In this document: one piece after another, positions 23,451 to 38,636 of the stretch | How positions within the stretch are numbered: the first letter of the stretch is position 1 | Layout: every line of letters starts with the position of its first letter | The notes under the pieces: model-generated | The model's database searches: none | The model's input: only the letters and a program-made list of their open reading frames with translations | What the model was told of the DNA's origin: nothing | Program-made: the position numbers and the translations under genes | DNA from: Haplodiscus bocki | Taxonomy: Eukaryota | NCBI GenBank assembly: GCA_965655095.1 | Contig: OZ296650.1 | Location: 134,106,001 to 134,170,000, forward strand | Length of the DNA stretch: 64,000 nucleotides | Reading direction: 5' to 3'

Positions 23451-24032
23451 CGTCATAACCGTCATTATTTTCGGCAATTTGACCAAAACTGTTTTTTTGT
23501 CGAAAAATTATCTTTCATTTGACACAGGTCCCGTCACGTTGTGACGAGAGCTTACATCACTTTTTTAACATCAAATTGGAAGAAATGACAAAATGATCGA
23601 TTTTGGCCTATTTTTGACAAATTTGAAAGGTCATATCTCCTAGGGTAAAAGGCCCAGGCCAAAAATTTTTGGCATGTAGGTAGTTCACAACAATTGTGCT
23701 TCACACAAAAAAATTGGGTCCGATGCTATGGTTAAAGTGTGGAGATATTGCGAAAAAAACATCGAAACCTGCCAAAAAACAGGATCATTGCGTCATATCT
23801 CCCCAACCAAAAGAAAACAAATGATGTAAGTGCCAAAAAACTTCATACATCGGCGGACTCAATCCACATGCATAGTTTGATCAAAATCGTATGGTTAGGT
23901 TTCGAGATCGTGTTTTCTGCGGGTGGGTGCGGGTAAGTGTAAACTTGATTTTTGAAGCTCGGCACAGGGCCCCTCCCCCGCCTCGCAATACTGTTTTGTG
24001 GGGCTTAAGAGCGTGACGACCCAGTGGAGGCA
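23451..24032 (+). repeat. Subterminal block of A1
   Basis: Collinear diverged homolog of the S-unit 3' block (CGTCATAACCGTCATT ... GGGCCCCTCCCCCGCCTCG ... CCAGTGGAGGCA). Confidence 0.85.
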
Positions 24033-27000
24033 ACGGTGCAATTTACTAGATGGCGGGTTTTTTTGCTTTCAATTTTTTTCCGGTATCAATTCTGGTGATT
24101 GGTTCGAAGTTCTAAATTTTTGTTTATATAATTGAAAACTGTTGTTTGTTCTTTTTTTACGATACTTTTCTCCAGGCTGAAGATTAACTCGCACAGTGCA
24201 GATGCAACTGATACGCACAGAGTTCATCTCACACCGTAAATGTGGGGTTGTTCCTCAAAACCTAGTAAATTTCCTGTTTTTTTAAAGTTCATGACAGCAG
24301 CAATGAAGTATGGCAAACGTACTTTCCGGTCGATTTTTTCCCGAAGTCAGCTCAGAACAGTAAAGTAACAATTTTTCCACTTTATCAGCTGCTGAATTAA
24401 AATATAACTCCACAGACCTACCCGTTACCGGCTTCCATAACAATGGAAGTTTTCAGTTCTGTTCCGTTCCATTTCTTGAATCCACTTTTTTCAAAGAAAT
24501 CTTTTGGTTGCGTAATGAGTCATGTACTTGAAGCATTTCTTGCTGGTTCTCGTTGCCTTCTTTTGTGCTTCAGAGGAACAATATAGGTGTTGTGTGCTAT
24601 TTCACATCAGTTGATTTTTTCAAAAAATGAAAATGTACAGTTAGGTGTTCTGTACTAGACAAATTTATGAAAAAGAAGTTCTGCGCCATGACATTTCATC
24701 CACTATGTAACAATATTGTTCATGCGTCGTCCAAAACATATATAGAATGTTTGATGCTTCCGGAAAATAAAAACATGAGAAAAAGTTACTGGTCATAATC
24801 ATCATTGAATTGAGACAGTTGTGTTCATAAAATAATCGTCAACCATAAATTATGACAAGATGAAGGCCAATTTGATGGCGGATCAGTATTGATGTCGATT
24901 AAATATCTGCCTCCCATTTATGAAGTCGTGAAAGCAGTTCTTCGATTCTCTACATTTTGAGCTTTTGTCAACATGAAATGTGGTTAGTGGAAGCAACTTT
25001 AACAATATGTGGAGGTAACGTGTAGAGTTAAAACGATGCTTCTCTACTGTTGATGTCGGTTTTGAGTGTTTCCGATTTTGAAGATTTTACTGCTCTACAG
25101 ACCGTTCAAAAATTGTTTGCGTTTCACAAATTCTTATATCTGAGTTTTTCGGAAGAATATATCTGGTTGGTTTTGAAGCCTACTTATCGGAGTTTTGAAC
25201 TTCTTTCAAAATAAGTTTTGATTTTTCTGTGAAAAAATGCTTCTCGTTGTCAAAATAAAATATCCGCCGTTGAGCGAAATATGGCAACGTGTTATTCCTC
25301 TGAACTCATGCCGAAGTTAGTTTTTGGATAAAGTGTTTTGATATGGAATCATTATTTCTTTAGCGTCAACTCGACATTGCCAATTTCCCATCCCTCATTT
25401 GAACCCTCTGAAATAGATACTTTTCTCATGTCATTCGATCGTTTGAACTTTTCATATTGTGAATCGTGACTCACTGAAGTCTCAACTGACTATGGTCAAC
25501 ATCGTATGGCTTCTGTCGACAAATTGAGCCAATTGTTTTGGGTAATTTTTTTAAATGACGTTTTCGTAGACGAAGAATGCTGGATATTGTTTGTAACAAT
25601 CGTTGCCTGAGTACTAGGTGTTCTTCCACAATTTCTGAATTGCAAAGGGGAACTCCGCTGTTATCATCGTACATGAATTGCTAATGTTACTCATGAAGCA
25701 TGAGAAACGTAAGAAAAATTGAAAAGTGTACAACATAATCGTAACTTTAAATTTATACCGATGGATCCCAAAGATGATTGGCATTGAACGAACAGGGTCA
25801 ACGGGCTCCTCAAATTTGAGCATGTTAATGGTTTTGCTACGGAGGAGAAATTGTTTTCATTAATTTTTTACCCATCTACCGCCTAAAAGCTACAGAGTGT
25901 TAACGTGCATGTTCGCAGAACTACATTACCTATAGGTTTCTGACAAACTTGTTATTGTGTGCGCTATTTCATCGTGTTTTTGCTGGCATTGAAAGTTCTT
26001 CATGTTTGTGTTTCCTGTGAGGTTCGTTTCATTTTCTATGTGAACAAACCAATCAATCGTTTTTACCATTGTTGGAACGAAATTCAAGATCGAATAACCA
26101 TAATTCATATCATATTTTCAATAGTTTTGACCGCAAAAAATTGCCTTCTCCGACGACATTGTTTGGATTCGGACGCGCTTTGTGCAGATATTACCGAAAA
26201 AGCTGCGGAAAATACTTATTGATGAAAAGTACTGCCTCAACATTTATAGCAAACTGTGTGTTATCATTGGCATGGAAGTACCACGCATCTGACTGTGGAT
26301 CAACTTTGGGACGCACTTATCAGAAAACGATTTCTCTTTGACGGCAATTTCAATAACTTTCGGTAAATACTGAATGTTTACATTCTTCAGTTGTTCAAAT
26401 GAAACTTTGACAAGGTTTAATTGTTAACATGTTTTTTTGCGGGGGAAAAAGACGGCCTCTTGCTGTTTCTTGTTTCAAACTTTCAAAAATCCCATCTGTT
26501 TTGTACAATAATCAATTTGAATGTTTTATTTTTAGCATATACATAATCGCTGTCGACATTATTGACTGATATTTTATTGATCAACCGCTGCTCTGAGCAA
26601 TTGTTTTCTCAACTAAATCACCCGGTTTTTTCAGATTTCATAATTTCCTTATAATGCAATAATTTTGGAAGCCAAGATTTTCCCAAGAGAAAAACAAGAT
26701 GGTGAGAATCTTTCAAACATAGTTCTCTAATTTGTTAGGCTTTCCGGTTTTCTACATGATGACGTTTTTTTGTGGTATCATTTTTCACGTCATGTCAGAC
26801 TTCAGTCATAAACAAAAGGGCATAATTTCAGTTTGCCTGAATTAGTAGTAAGATCTCAGAAAAACTTTATTTTTTCTCCATTTCTTGCCTCCACATTTTT
26901 CATGATTACTCTTTTCGTGTTAACTTGCAGCCCTGCTTCAGTGCACACTTTTCCGAAACACCTTTGGAAATTCGTATGAGTTCGCTCAACACTCATGCGT

Positions 27001-27508
27001 TCTCAGTTGGTTTTTCCAACTGAACCTTGTTGGCTTCTAAGAACGATTGTGATGTGCATTGTAGTCTCTTTCACTGAGGATTGGGGAAAAAACTTTCGAA
27101 TTCAACGAACTCGCCGTGTACACTACTAATTGACGGGAGTCCGTAACATCGGGATGCGTTCCACTTGTATGGGTGAACGGAAAATAAATTCTTATATACG
27201 ATTTTCAAACAACACAAGATTCGCAATTAACACTCATTACATCGCCGCCTCTACGAGTAAATACCTGTTTGTTTTCTTTCTCTGATGAATGCCTTGGTTT
27301 TGCTTCGTTAACTGCGCAAAACCAAGGCCCACATTGCATATATTTTTCTGGATACTGCTTTTTTCGAATTCATTAGATGCTACCGTTAATTGAACAGTTT
27401 GAAAGTTTTGTACGTTGGTCCTATAATGGCGCCCACTCTTTACAATGTATTCACTATTGAAGATGAGTTATTGATAAACTTTTGCGCGAAGTTTCTTGTG
27501 AAAGAGTA

Positions 27509-30500
27509 ATGCCATCTGGCAAGAATGATTTGAAAAGACGTCGCTGTGCAAAATGTGGACGCTTCAGTGAACGTAATCACTCCTGTCCAAATAACACCGA
27601 CAATGTTTTTTCAACTAGCGAACCATTAGGAATTTTGTACAGTATACCTGACAGTAATTTGCTGGTCTCCTCTGTTGATGCCCTGCACTTAGAATCAACG
27701 TTGGAAGCGATGGGACTATCCTGTTCCCCAACAAGCGGCATAATTGGGAATAAAACTAACATTCGCCTCAGTTCTGTTCAACCCTCGCACAGTCTTTCTA
27801 TAACGGGTGATGGTAATTGTCTTTTCACTGCCCTGGGCGTTGCCCTCGGTTTTTCTCATGAAAGTGGTCATGATTTGAGGAAACTTATTGTGAGTAACAT
27901 GGACTCGGTGACTTTTCCGGAAAACAGTTTGCAAACCTCAATCTATTCCGCTGAGTTCCCCAACCAGAACAAACTTCTCACGAGCCCAACTGTCAACCAC
28001 TACCTGCAGATATCGCGAATGGCAGAAAATGGAGTTTTTGGCACTTGTGTGGAAATTTATACCTTTTGTCAAATTTTTAAATTGGACGTTTATGTATACC
28101 ACAATATTTTGAAAAGTTGGTTCGTTTACAAATGCGACTGCTCAAATGACAGACAAGGAGTTTTCATTCAACAAACGCGAACTGGAGATCACTTTGAGGT
28201 AATTAGTGGCTTGACCGAAACATGCCACACTTCATTACTCCTATCAGAAGATTTAGCTGGTTCGAGTAGTCAATGTGGAAATTCAGCAATGAATACTGAC
28301 TGCCACGTAATCCAGACAGCACTTGAAGCACTTGATGAAACTGAGTCCTTGCAGAAGCGCAGACGGACTTCAGATTATCCAGTCGGCACACATTTGATCG
28401 ACATTGGAGAAACTAATACAGCTGTGACATCTTTTTGTTTGGCGGAAGCTCTTTGTGGTGCAGAAAATACTACAAGGCAAAATGGAGGCCGTCCTCCAAC
28501 TGCTGTGGAACATCGACAACATTAATTTCACAGATTGCCTGGAGGTGAGTTGACTGATGAGATTTTCCTGAAATTAACTGAAAACTTTGTACCACCACCG
28601 AAATCGACTGAAGAATCAACCGTTGAAATCGAGTCAAAATTGGTTGTGACAGATACTGTCGATGCTGCCAACATTTGTTGCAAGTGCATGCGTCAAGCCA
28701 CGGTATATTTTCCGTTCGACATTAAGGCCTACAGCAAAGTTGGATTGGTTAATAGAAAGTTCGGCAAAAAGCTGAAAAACGAAAATGTACATCTGTGTTG
28801 TTTCTGTTATAACTATTGTACTGCACCAAAGGTTAACTGGCAAATGGCTTGGCCAGCTGTTTTTTTCACGCTCCTTTCTGATACTTCCAGACCCGAAGCT
28901 TCTTTAGTCGCTATTTGCTCGCTGTTACCCCTGGAAATAAGGCAACATTGGCTAGGGGTAATTACCCTTTTCCCTATCTGCATCCAGCGTGTTTTAAATC
29001 GGCCGCGTATTCTTGGCACTTGTACTGTTGATGGAACACAGAGATTGAAACGTTTCGAGCAACTAATGAGAACAATGAGACAAAAAGAAATGGCTGAAGT
29101 TTTGGACTTGGAACCGTATCCAAATATACGTTGCCCTTTTGGTTGTTGGACGTTTATCGAAGATCCTGGGTACATACCAGCGCAGCATTTTATAAACTTG
29201 ATCGACAGAACTTTCACATCATTCCAAGCGTCTGCATTCAAAAAACTCAGAGGCGCCAGACTCGACTTTTTGCGCCCTTTGATGTGTTTAAAAACGTTTC
29301 TAGTGGCTGCCACAGTGCGGTTACATGAGAAAGAAGGTTTGGTTGTGCAAACTTGTTCTGCGCATGACAGGGGATGTGCGTTACAGTTCTTGCATCCCCC
29401 CAGGCATCCGGAGCTGGGACGAATTCCAACTTTGTTTGAGGAACGATTAGCCATTGCATCACCTTCATTGTCGTTTGTGAGTAGCTTAAAGGCTAATTAT
29501 GCTAGCCACACCTATCAACTGTTTCGGAGCGTTGGGTCTTATAGTGGTATGAGTACTGTTTCATTGAGACGTAAACGGCGTTGGAACATCACTAGCAACC
29601 GTTTGTTCCAAGCTGAAGGAACTGTCATGTTTTTCAGGTCAGATATTCCCATTTTAATTAGACAATGGGTTGTTGAAGGTAAATTGATTGAAGATGTCGC
29701 CACTGATCTCTCTCAATATCAGCCGGAAAATGAAAAAATGGCGGAGCATGTCGGCGTAGATCTTGACACCTGCATTCGATTGACGAAGGTGATGGACAAA
29801 AACGAACAAGAACTTTTGAGTAATGTGAAATTTCTTCAGTGCTACGCTTTGGCTCAACCAAACAATGAACATGGTTGCTCACCTCCTCCTCTGATCAATG
29901 ATACTGGCGATACACTCTGGTTTCTTCAAGCAGCATGCTGCATATCTCCATTTTTATGTTCATCCATGGTGTCTGGCGTTAATCACGTTTGCGCAACAAA
30001 TTTGTTTTCACTGTTGCGTCATACATTTGCTGGGTTTGGAAAAGAAAGCAAGTTGCAGCGTATTTCACAAGCTCAAGCTGACATTGACAGTATATTGAAT
30101 AACGCGGCGAATAACAATGACAAGCCAAACATGATTTCAAACTTTTTTCAGGAGGGTGGCGTGGTGTTGCACGCATTATGTGCTGACTTATGCCATCTGC
30201 AGTTGAGCCAAAGAAAAGAATTAACTGAGAAAATTCTGCGCGACGTAACCGTGGATACGAAACACGTGATCGCTACAACAACTGATGTAAACAATCTGAG
30301 GAACAAGGTCAACCCACCTCTCAACGTCGTCCTATTTGATGTCCCATTTGAGCTTGTGGGATGTGGTTGTGGTTCTCGGGGTACAGATGCTGTAATTTTG
30401 CTTCGGCACGGTGGTCGCTTCTGCAATTTTTGGCGTGTAGTGAAAGCTAACAAGTTTGCTGAACCTTTGTTGGACTCACCTGAGACCTTACTAGAAAAAA

Positions 30501-33500
30501 TTCTACGAGGCTACTGGACTTTTTTAATCTACCGAGGAACTAACTCTAAAAAGGTGTCGACTGTAAAGTGGCACTATCTTAGTAATTTAACCGGTCAAGG
30601 AATTTTCATTTGTGACAAACATGATGTTCCGTTAACGAGGGACTTCCGACGTAGCAACTACTTCTGTCGATGTGGAAGGTCATCATTCCTCAGACGTGCC
30701 TACTCAAAATGCAACAGTTGTGTGTGTAAGAAACACTTCGACGAGGGAATGAAACATCCAAACTTACGAGTTTTAGTTCGACCTACAGCAGAACAAAAAT
30801 TAACGCCTGAAAAACCGACCGCTGAAGCTGCAATCATTGCTACACAGTGTGAACTGAATTCCAACTTAGGTAGTTTATGTGAGCAGGACAAAAGCGTTGT
30901 TGAACCAGATCTATCCATCAACTGTTCCAGTCAAAACTCAAGTTCATCATCAATAGCTTCTTTTTTGTGCAACAACATGAACGCAAACTCGATCAGCGAA
31001 AGTGAATTGGCGATGAATAAATTGAACGTGTGTTCCGGTGAAAGGGCCATTGTTGCTGTACAAGAGGCTTTCAGAGAAGAAGACTACAATATTCCTCTCC
31101 ACATACTGTTGAATTCTCGATGCAACTTACTGTACAGGAAAAAAAGTCATCCCATTTCCCTGACCGTTAAGGAGAAACGTTTCATGGAAAACATTACAGC
31201 TTCTTCAACATCATCAACGCCTTTGCTTCAACCGGAAGGGCTGCTTTTTCCTTCTATTTTCTGGTCCCAAAGTTACGATGGCAGCATTGATGGAGCAATT
31301 CCAATATCCCTGTTCCAATCCGAAAGATACAACAAACAAGTGGGGTTTGCAGGGTTAGAGAACATGCTACGAACTCGCATCACTGATGGGTCGCTTTTAA
31401 CCTCCAGTCACACATCATATCTTCAGTTCGTTTTTGACTGTCTTTTAAACTTACAACTGAGTAAAACTGATATTCGAATTGTGTTGAACAGAGGCTGGCA
31501 AGAATTGGGCAGTACGCCTACTAATTACCAGTACTTTTCCGATGAAACGTTCAAGTTTGATTGTGCAGAATCCCGGAAAAATGTGTGCGAAGTAGCAGCA
31601 CTCATTAGAGATAAAAACCCCACTTATTTTGTAACATACACATGTGGGCAATCTACTCACCCTGGCTTGCGGAAAATTTTTCAGGCTATTGACAAACTTT
31701 ACCCGCCCGATATGACATCCAAAGAACTGAGATTATCTGTAATACAAAGTGAATTAATGCCTATGCTTAGATGTTGGCATCGCGCCTCACAGTATGTAAT
31801 GCAATGGTTGAAATGTTCGGCCGAGCAACCTTTGGGACCAATCTCTCACTTATGGATGAGATACGAGTGGCAAGACGAAACTTCGGCCTTTCCACACATC
31901 CATGCACTAGTGTGTACCGGAGAAAACAAGTTTGGTCCGGAAGTTCAATCCCGAGTCTGCTGTTCAAAAGAAACATTCATGGGCCCCTTAAGCAAATGCT
32001 GTCCAGCGTTATCGGATAGCGAACGGTTCCGGTTGGGAGAACTTTTCCAAAAATACCAACGGCACGATTGTGGCAAGGGAAAAAATAGATGTAAAAAGAA
32101 AACTGATTGGTTGGGAAAGCCAGTGTGTAGGGTACCTAAATATCCTGCATCAGTTGGGTTCTCTTTTAAAGAAATACAACCTAATTACTCGAAAGAAACT
32201 TGGGACTTGTTGAGAAGCATGAAATTGTCCTATATTGACCCTAACTCTTCAACAGACAAAGTTGAAGAAGAACTTAAAGCTGGAAAACATCACTACCCTG
32301 CTGCTTACAAGGAACACATGTCACCAACAAATGCTGCGTTGTTTGCTTTCACGGAAAGCAGTACGAACGTCCAAATTTGTGACGACGAAATGTGTTCACG
32401 ATACGTTGCAAAGTATGCTGCCGGTGTGGAAGGTCGGGCGTTCACAAAGATATTAGCCTCTGCTGGTGAGAATGAAGTGAAAGTCCAAACAGAACCTATT
32501 GTGAACGAAAAAATCGCCGGAGTCCAAACCAGCATTACCAAAAAACGTCAGGATGATGATAAACGCAAATCTGTAACGGGCAGAATTGTTAGCATAACTG
32601 TATGCTTGTGGTGGGCTTTGCAGTTGCCGTACGTTTGCACAAACATAGATTTCATTCATGTACCAACAGTTCCCAAAGAGTTCAGATCAGGAATAGTGAT
32701 TGAAAAAAAAATTGCGAGCACCATGAACTTCAGTGCTGTTTTTGCCGAAGCTGTTCGAATTCGGAAAAACTTTCTGAAGCTTCCAAAACATCGACAATTA
32801 ACAAAAAATCAAGAATTGTTGTTGGCAGATGTGGAAGCGAGTTCAATTACGCCTGACAAAGTGACCATTTTTGGCCTGAGACCACCGGAGCTTCTGTTTG
32901 TCAGCAGTTTGAAAAGTTATTTCAGTTGGTTCGTTAGATTCAAATACAACATTTCGAAAGGGAAAAGTAGTCATGAGATTTTGTTGAGCCGTGCATCGTG
33001 TAATGAGTTTTGGGTTGATTGCCTTGGATACGTAATCAAGATACGCCCACCCGCTATCTTTGATTTTCTTGATTTTTGTGCAACAAGAAGTGGTAACCCG
33101 AGGGACGAATTTTTGAAAGAGGAGTGCCGCAAACACATTGTCCCCAAATTGCAAGGAGCCAACAGTTGCCCCAGACTAGTGGCGTACAATCTTTGTTTCT
33201 CAGATCAAAAAGCCATAGTGGTTTTCACAAATACTCTGCCCAGTAGTCCAACAAAGTTCTTGTTGCACTTTGTGCTAACATTTGGTTCGTTTGACACCGA
33301 ACTGGACATTCTCTGTTTCATCTCTCGGGGAATCTTTTGTAGCTGCCAAACTGGTGGAGCGTAACAACATTACTGTATCAGTCGTCCGTCTACTAGCTCG
33401 CCGGTACCTTTTGCAACAGCTCCGCTTTGTGCCAGGATCCTCTAAACTCATAGACAAGTTTTTGTTGATGGCAAACAGCGTTCTAGGAGAAGCACTGTTA

Positions 33501-35606
33501 GAAAACAATTTGTATTTTGCATCCGGGGTACCAGCTGTCTTAGATCGCACTTTTTCTGCCGACTCCGAAGAAAATATTGCTGTAGATTTGACAATGAACA
33601 AGAGTAGATTGGTGGAGTTCTTACACACATGTCAAATGGGACTTCCAAGCGAAGAAAGTATGATAGATGCTTCTGTAACTGCACCCGTTGCATGGAAACC
33701 CGACTTTGGTAGACATCCTAGCCAGACAGTGAAGTCGTACTGTGAACAGACTAAGATTTTGAAACATTTAGTTGAAATCGTGGACTTGTACAGAGGAGGA
33801 ACACAAAATTTCGTCAGACATCAAATCATTGCAGGGGCACCAGGAACGGGAAAAACGTTCATCATGTTGAGAGCTCTGAGTTATGCAATAAGTCAAGGAC
33901 TCAATTGCATGGTAACTTCGCTGGCGGCCGAAAGGTCGGCTGCTTTAGCTGGCAAGCATCTGAACGCTCTCATTCCTTTCCCGGTGGAAAAAAATGGAAC
34001 TGTTAATTCTTTGTCTCGAGTAGCTTTGTCCAGCTTGCAGAAATCACCGGACAAAAGTCGGTTACTCCAGAATTTGGATGTATTGTTCGTTGAAGAGATT
34101 TCGATGATCTCTAGTGAACTTTGGGCGGTCACGGACCACGTTTTCCAAATCATCTGCTCGAACTACGTGCCATTTGCTGGGAAACTAATCATTGCCACAG
34201 GAGATTTTTTTCAACTTCCTCCACCAAAAGGAAGTTGTCTGATCAGTTCTTCATTCCCCTTAACAACTTTTCATTTTAGTTTCCTCCAACACTTTGTGCG
34301 TATGCAAAATGAAACAGGTCAGAAAGTTTTGTCACTCATGTCAACTTTTCCCAGAACAACTGCCATGGGAAAGCAAATTTGGAATTTGATCGAGCGAAAT
34401 TGCAATTTCGTAGAATGTTGGGATGACGTACCAAATGATGCAATTCGAATTTTTGCTACTCGCAAAGCAGAAAGATATGCGACGTTGAAAAAAATTAATC
34501 AAGTGAAAGACAGTGGTTCCCAGTTCCATGAAAGTTCATCGACAGATGAAATGTGCGTGTCAAGTACGGACAACTGGATAGAAGCTTCTGGAGCGGTAAC
34601 AAAGTTTCTAAACAAGAAATGTTTGGAGCCACAATCGTTGTTTCTGTTCCCCGGAGCAATTCTCCGACTCACCGTGAACAAGCCAAATGTGATGGCTTTC
34701 CAAGGACAACTCTGTGTTTTGGTCTCCCTGGACTCATTGGCTGACAACGGAACAGTAACTGTTGCCTTGGCACCTGCTGGTTGCCGATCTATTCCACCAG
34801 TCTCTGTAATACGAAGTACCTGGAGATGTATTGTCCTTGCAAAAGAAATTGGAGTGAACATTCGTCTAAACCACAGGACTATTTGTCGCAGAATCCAATT
34901 CCCCCTCAAATTGTACGTGGCGTCAACTATTCATAAAACTATGGGCGAAACACTCCCAACAGTTGCTACGCAGATTGTTGGAGCTCAAGAGTTTTCGCTT
35001 TGGTTGCCAGAGCAACTATACGTAGTAATGAGTCGTGTTCGATCACTGGTGGACATCACTTTCGTGGGATCGAAGCAGTCCAACGAAGGAGCCATCCTGA
35101 GTTTGCTGAGTAAAAAGTCACAGTGGTCGGAGCTGAGTACCGAAATCCTCGAGAAGTGTTCTTCCCGTGACCCAACGATCTTCCATGGTGCTACAAACCC
35201 TTTTCCATCAACCATCAGTATACCGCAGGAGAATGTTGGCTACTGTTACCTTATTCAGAGCGTCCCCCAAAACAACTTGTTATATATTGGTTCAACAATG
35301 TGCCTCAATCGACGAATTCGTGAACATAATGTTGGCTTGGGAGCATCATTCACACAGGATCCCTCTCGAAGACCTTGGGTTTTGTGTGCTTATGTGACCG
35401 GCTTTCTTGCAAGCAGCTCAACGGATCGAATAAGGTTTTTTGAAAAACAGTGGCTTGAGGCAGTTACTAAAGTGCTTAACTTGAGGAAGAAGAACGTCTC
35501 CCTCCCGAATGCATTGTCAACAGCAGAAAACTTAATCATAAATTGGCCTCATAAAGAAGATGTCTTGAAATTGGTAGCTTGCTGTAATCAGCCCATATTA
35601 CCTTAG
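27509..35606 (+). pseudogene. A2 polyprotein OTU-Rep-Pif1-GIY-YIG, interrupted
   Basis: ORFs 27482-28525, 28535-33364 (1609 aa, Rep intact) and 33282-35606. Shares the in-frame TAA (28523-28525) and the ~33309 frameshift with A1. Confidence 0.88.
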
Positions 35607-36547
35607 TACCTTAGAGAAACACTCACAAACTACTTATCAAATGATTCGTCGACTGTGAAATGTGACCAAGTGAATGCCTTCTCACAAAAAAACTTGAAGT
35701 TCATTATTTAATCAACACCTGAAGTGAATATTTAAACGTCCAACGTATATCTTCAATTTGTCCGGTGGTTTCGAGAGGTGCACGTATGAAGTTTTTCGTA
35801 TGTGTGTTTTTGCTTTTTGTTGCGTTTAAAGAACGCTGAATTTGTTAATTCTAAATGTTGTTTCTCTTGCTAATTACAACAATTCAATTGTTCGATTTGT
35901 GATGTCTTTGAGAGTAGTCTGCAGAATTTTTAGCCAACGTACTCTTTTCCATTGAGTTTAACGTTTAAGTAAGTTTAATACAAAACTTTCTCGACATTAT
36001 TCATTTGCGGAAAAGAATTTGCTGCACTTTTCCATGCTGCACTTTTCCATGCTGCACTTTGCTGCACAACATGCTTTTTGGAACCTTAAAATAGGTACAT
36101 TAGGTTTTCATAAACTGCACCTTAACAATGAACGTTCCTGATTGCCCACTGTATTTAAAGTTGATTGATTAGTAAATTTAACTTTTTGCACTGCATTTTT
36201 AGCGTATGCTTGTCGAACACTTTCTTTTTTGTTTGTCCTAATAACGATATACTCCCAGATAATGTATGATAAAAGCCCTGTACTTCTTCCTGTTTCGACC
36301 GCAAGGTGAAACACTTGGTAAAACGTTAATTCTATACCAAAAAGCAGACATACTCGAATGAGCAAATAAATATTTAGAGCTTTTTGAACAAAGTTATTTT
36401 CAGCTCTTGCGTTTTATACTCCAACATAATGCTAATGACAGTTGTTTTGTGTGTTCCATCATAGTGTACCTATGCTGTTGGAATCATTATTTGTCGTTTT
36501 TTTGTCTTCGCCCCTTGTCGTTGCTTTTCAATGTTCTGCAGATCGAA

Positions 36548-37313
36548 ATGAAACATCTTATCATAGCTGATTCTCTTGGAAGAAGACTTGCCAGGAAGCA
36601 CGAAAACCTGGAAGTGAAGTTCTTCCCTGGTGCCACGGCATCTTGCCGTGGGGTAATTGACTGTTTAAGAAACCTAACAACGTTTTATGAATCAATCATT
36701 CTGTTCATCGGGGTAAATGGACTTACAAGCCGGGGCAGACAACGGGGAAAGAGTCCTGAGCAAGTGAGTAATTTATTCAACACAATGTCAAATTGCTTGC
36801 GACTGAAAACGTTTTAGAAAAATACTGGTTGCAACATCAGGGTGCATTGTGTATGAGTCGATACGCGGGCAATATTTCCCTGCGAAAACATTTTCCAATT
36901 AATGACCAGAGCTTCAAATGCAACTGAAAGTATTTTCTTTTTATTTTCTCCAAAATTTGAAGAAAGTTGAACAAAATCAGACGAAGTGCATCTTCAGCTA
37001 AAAAAAATTTGTTAACTCTTAGGTGGTTCGAGACATTATGTACCTCGTGCGTCTGGCCACTCCAATGTGTTACAGAGTATACTGTCTGGCTCTAGTCATG
37101 AGATCCGAACCTTGCTTCCTAGATATCAAAAGGGTGAACGATGGACTCAGAAACTCTTCGGGTCAATACAATTTTGTGTCGGTTGCTAGCAAAATGAGCT
37201 CCGAGAGGAATTTGATGGATGGCTTGCATTTATCTCGTCACGGTGTTTCCAACTTGATGTACATTCTAAGGAAAAGAGTTTTGGGTACTGTACTACGTTT
37301 TTCTGACCTGTGA
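36548..37313 (+). CDS. SGNH-hydrolase-like protein, 2 exons (36548-36763, 37023-37313), A2 copy
   Basis: Same structure as the A1 copy; block III reads FIGVN instead of FIGGN. Confidence 0.8.
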
Positions 37314-38636
37314 TAAGTACAAGTAACAAAACCTTCGTGAAGTAGTTGTTGATTAATGAGCGCAGTCTCTAACATGGTACCCTGTGTTTGATTTTTTGGT
37401 AATGGCGTGTTTGTTCCCTTTCCTCGTTCTTTTATTTCAAATTATGAAAGTTGACTGGAAAATTGTCATAATGTGGCCGACAAAATTCTGATCAATTGTA
37501 ACTGTTTAATGCCCACTGTTTTAACAGAGCGTCGCAGAATACGTACACCTGCTCATTGTCGACTGGGGTTCTGAAAGCAATCACATCCTTTTGCAGCTGA
37601 AAGAGAGAAAAAAGTGTAGTGGTAAACTTGGACGACCAATGTTATGAAGGCTTCTTTCGGTAAATTCGATTAAACAGATATTCCTATTTTATCATGCAGC
37701 AAACAAATGGGACTTATTGGTTGTTTTACTGTGCATACAATTGGAATCGACTTTAAAGTGATCTGAGTTTTTAGTTTTTGTAACTTCTTAACAAAGTTAA
37801 ATGATTTTCTTGAATAAATGTCGGTGTATTTCGTGAAAACTTTGAATTTGGCATGTTGTGTTGTTTTTTTCTGTATGTTAGTTTCTTTCAGTTACGTTTT
37901 TCCATAAACTTTGAATACTGCTAAACCTATGATTGTTGCTCTTTGCTCAGCATTGACTTTATGCCTGTTGTTTTTTTGTAGCTAATTGAACTTCTCATTG
38001 AAATGAAACATTCCACAGATTACTTGCCTTGAAATATTGTTTTACGTAGCTTCAAGCTAACTTCATTTGTTTAAGTCAAAAAATGCCGATTGTTTCATTT
38101 CTTTTGAATTGCTCTCATTGTCTGTGCAATGAATTGTTTTTTTTAAAAAAAACTTTTTCTTTCATGTTAGACTGGTTGTCATATAAAAGAACATTTTTAT
38201 CCTGAATTAACACGTTTTCAATCCGTATACTCTTTTCATTTGCATTTACAGCCATTAATATTCAGTGAAAGTTCATTGAAGATTGTAATTGTGACCAAAC
38301 ATACTCCTCATTCACTAAAGACTGAACTTTCAGACCGTTGAAACGTGAAAAAATGTTGAAAGAAGTCAGTTGCACCATTTGCGTGGCATCACTTAAAGGA
38401 ACATGTAAATTTTTTCAATAGAAAAATAGCAAGAACTTTTCTATCAAACATTTTAATGTATACTAACGATACTCACTGTGACGTGGAATTTTAATGAAAT
38501 TGTATTTGATCATGTTGAACTTCATCTTGTTTGTTTTAAATTTTGAGAAAAATTAGTTCTGCGTCCTGGATAGGTTGACAAAATGTCACTGTGTAAACCG
38601 CGTTGTATAAGATGATGCTTGAAGAGATTGTTCCAG

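Larger units (their letters stand above)
7095..24032 (+). mobile_element. Helentron/Helitron-like element family A, copy A1 (16,938 bp)
   Basis: Bounded by two CCAGTGGAGGCA junctions and near-identical to A2 (ORF offset 16,938). Encodes Rep-Pif1 polyprotein, SGNH gene and 330-aa gene. Confidence 0.9.

Noticed and set aside
36021-36067. 15-bp tandem duplication GCTGCACTTTTCCAT in A2
   Set aside because: Ordinary slippage in non-coding DNA with no sign of function.
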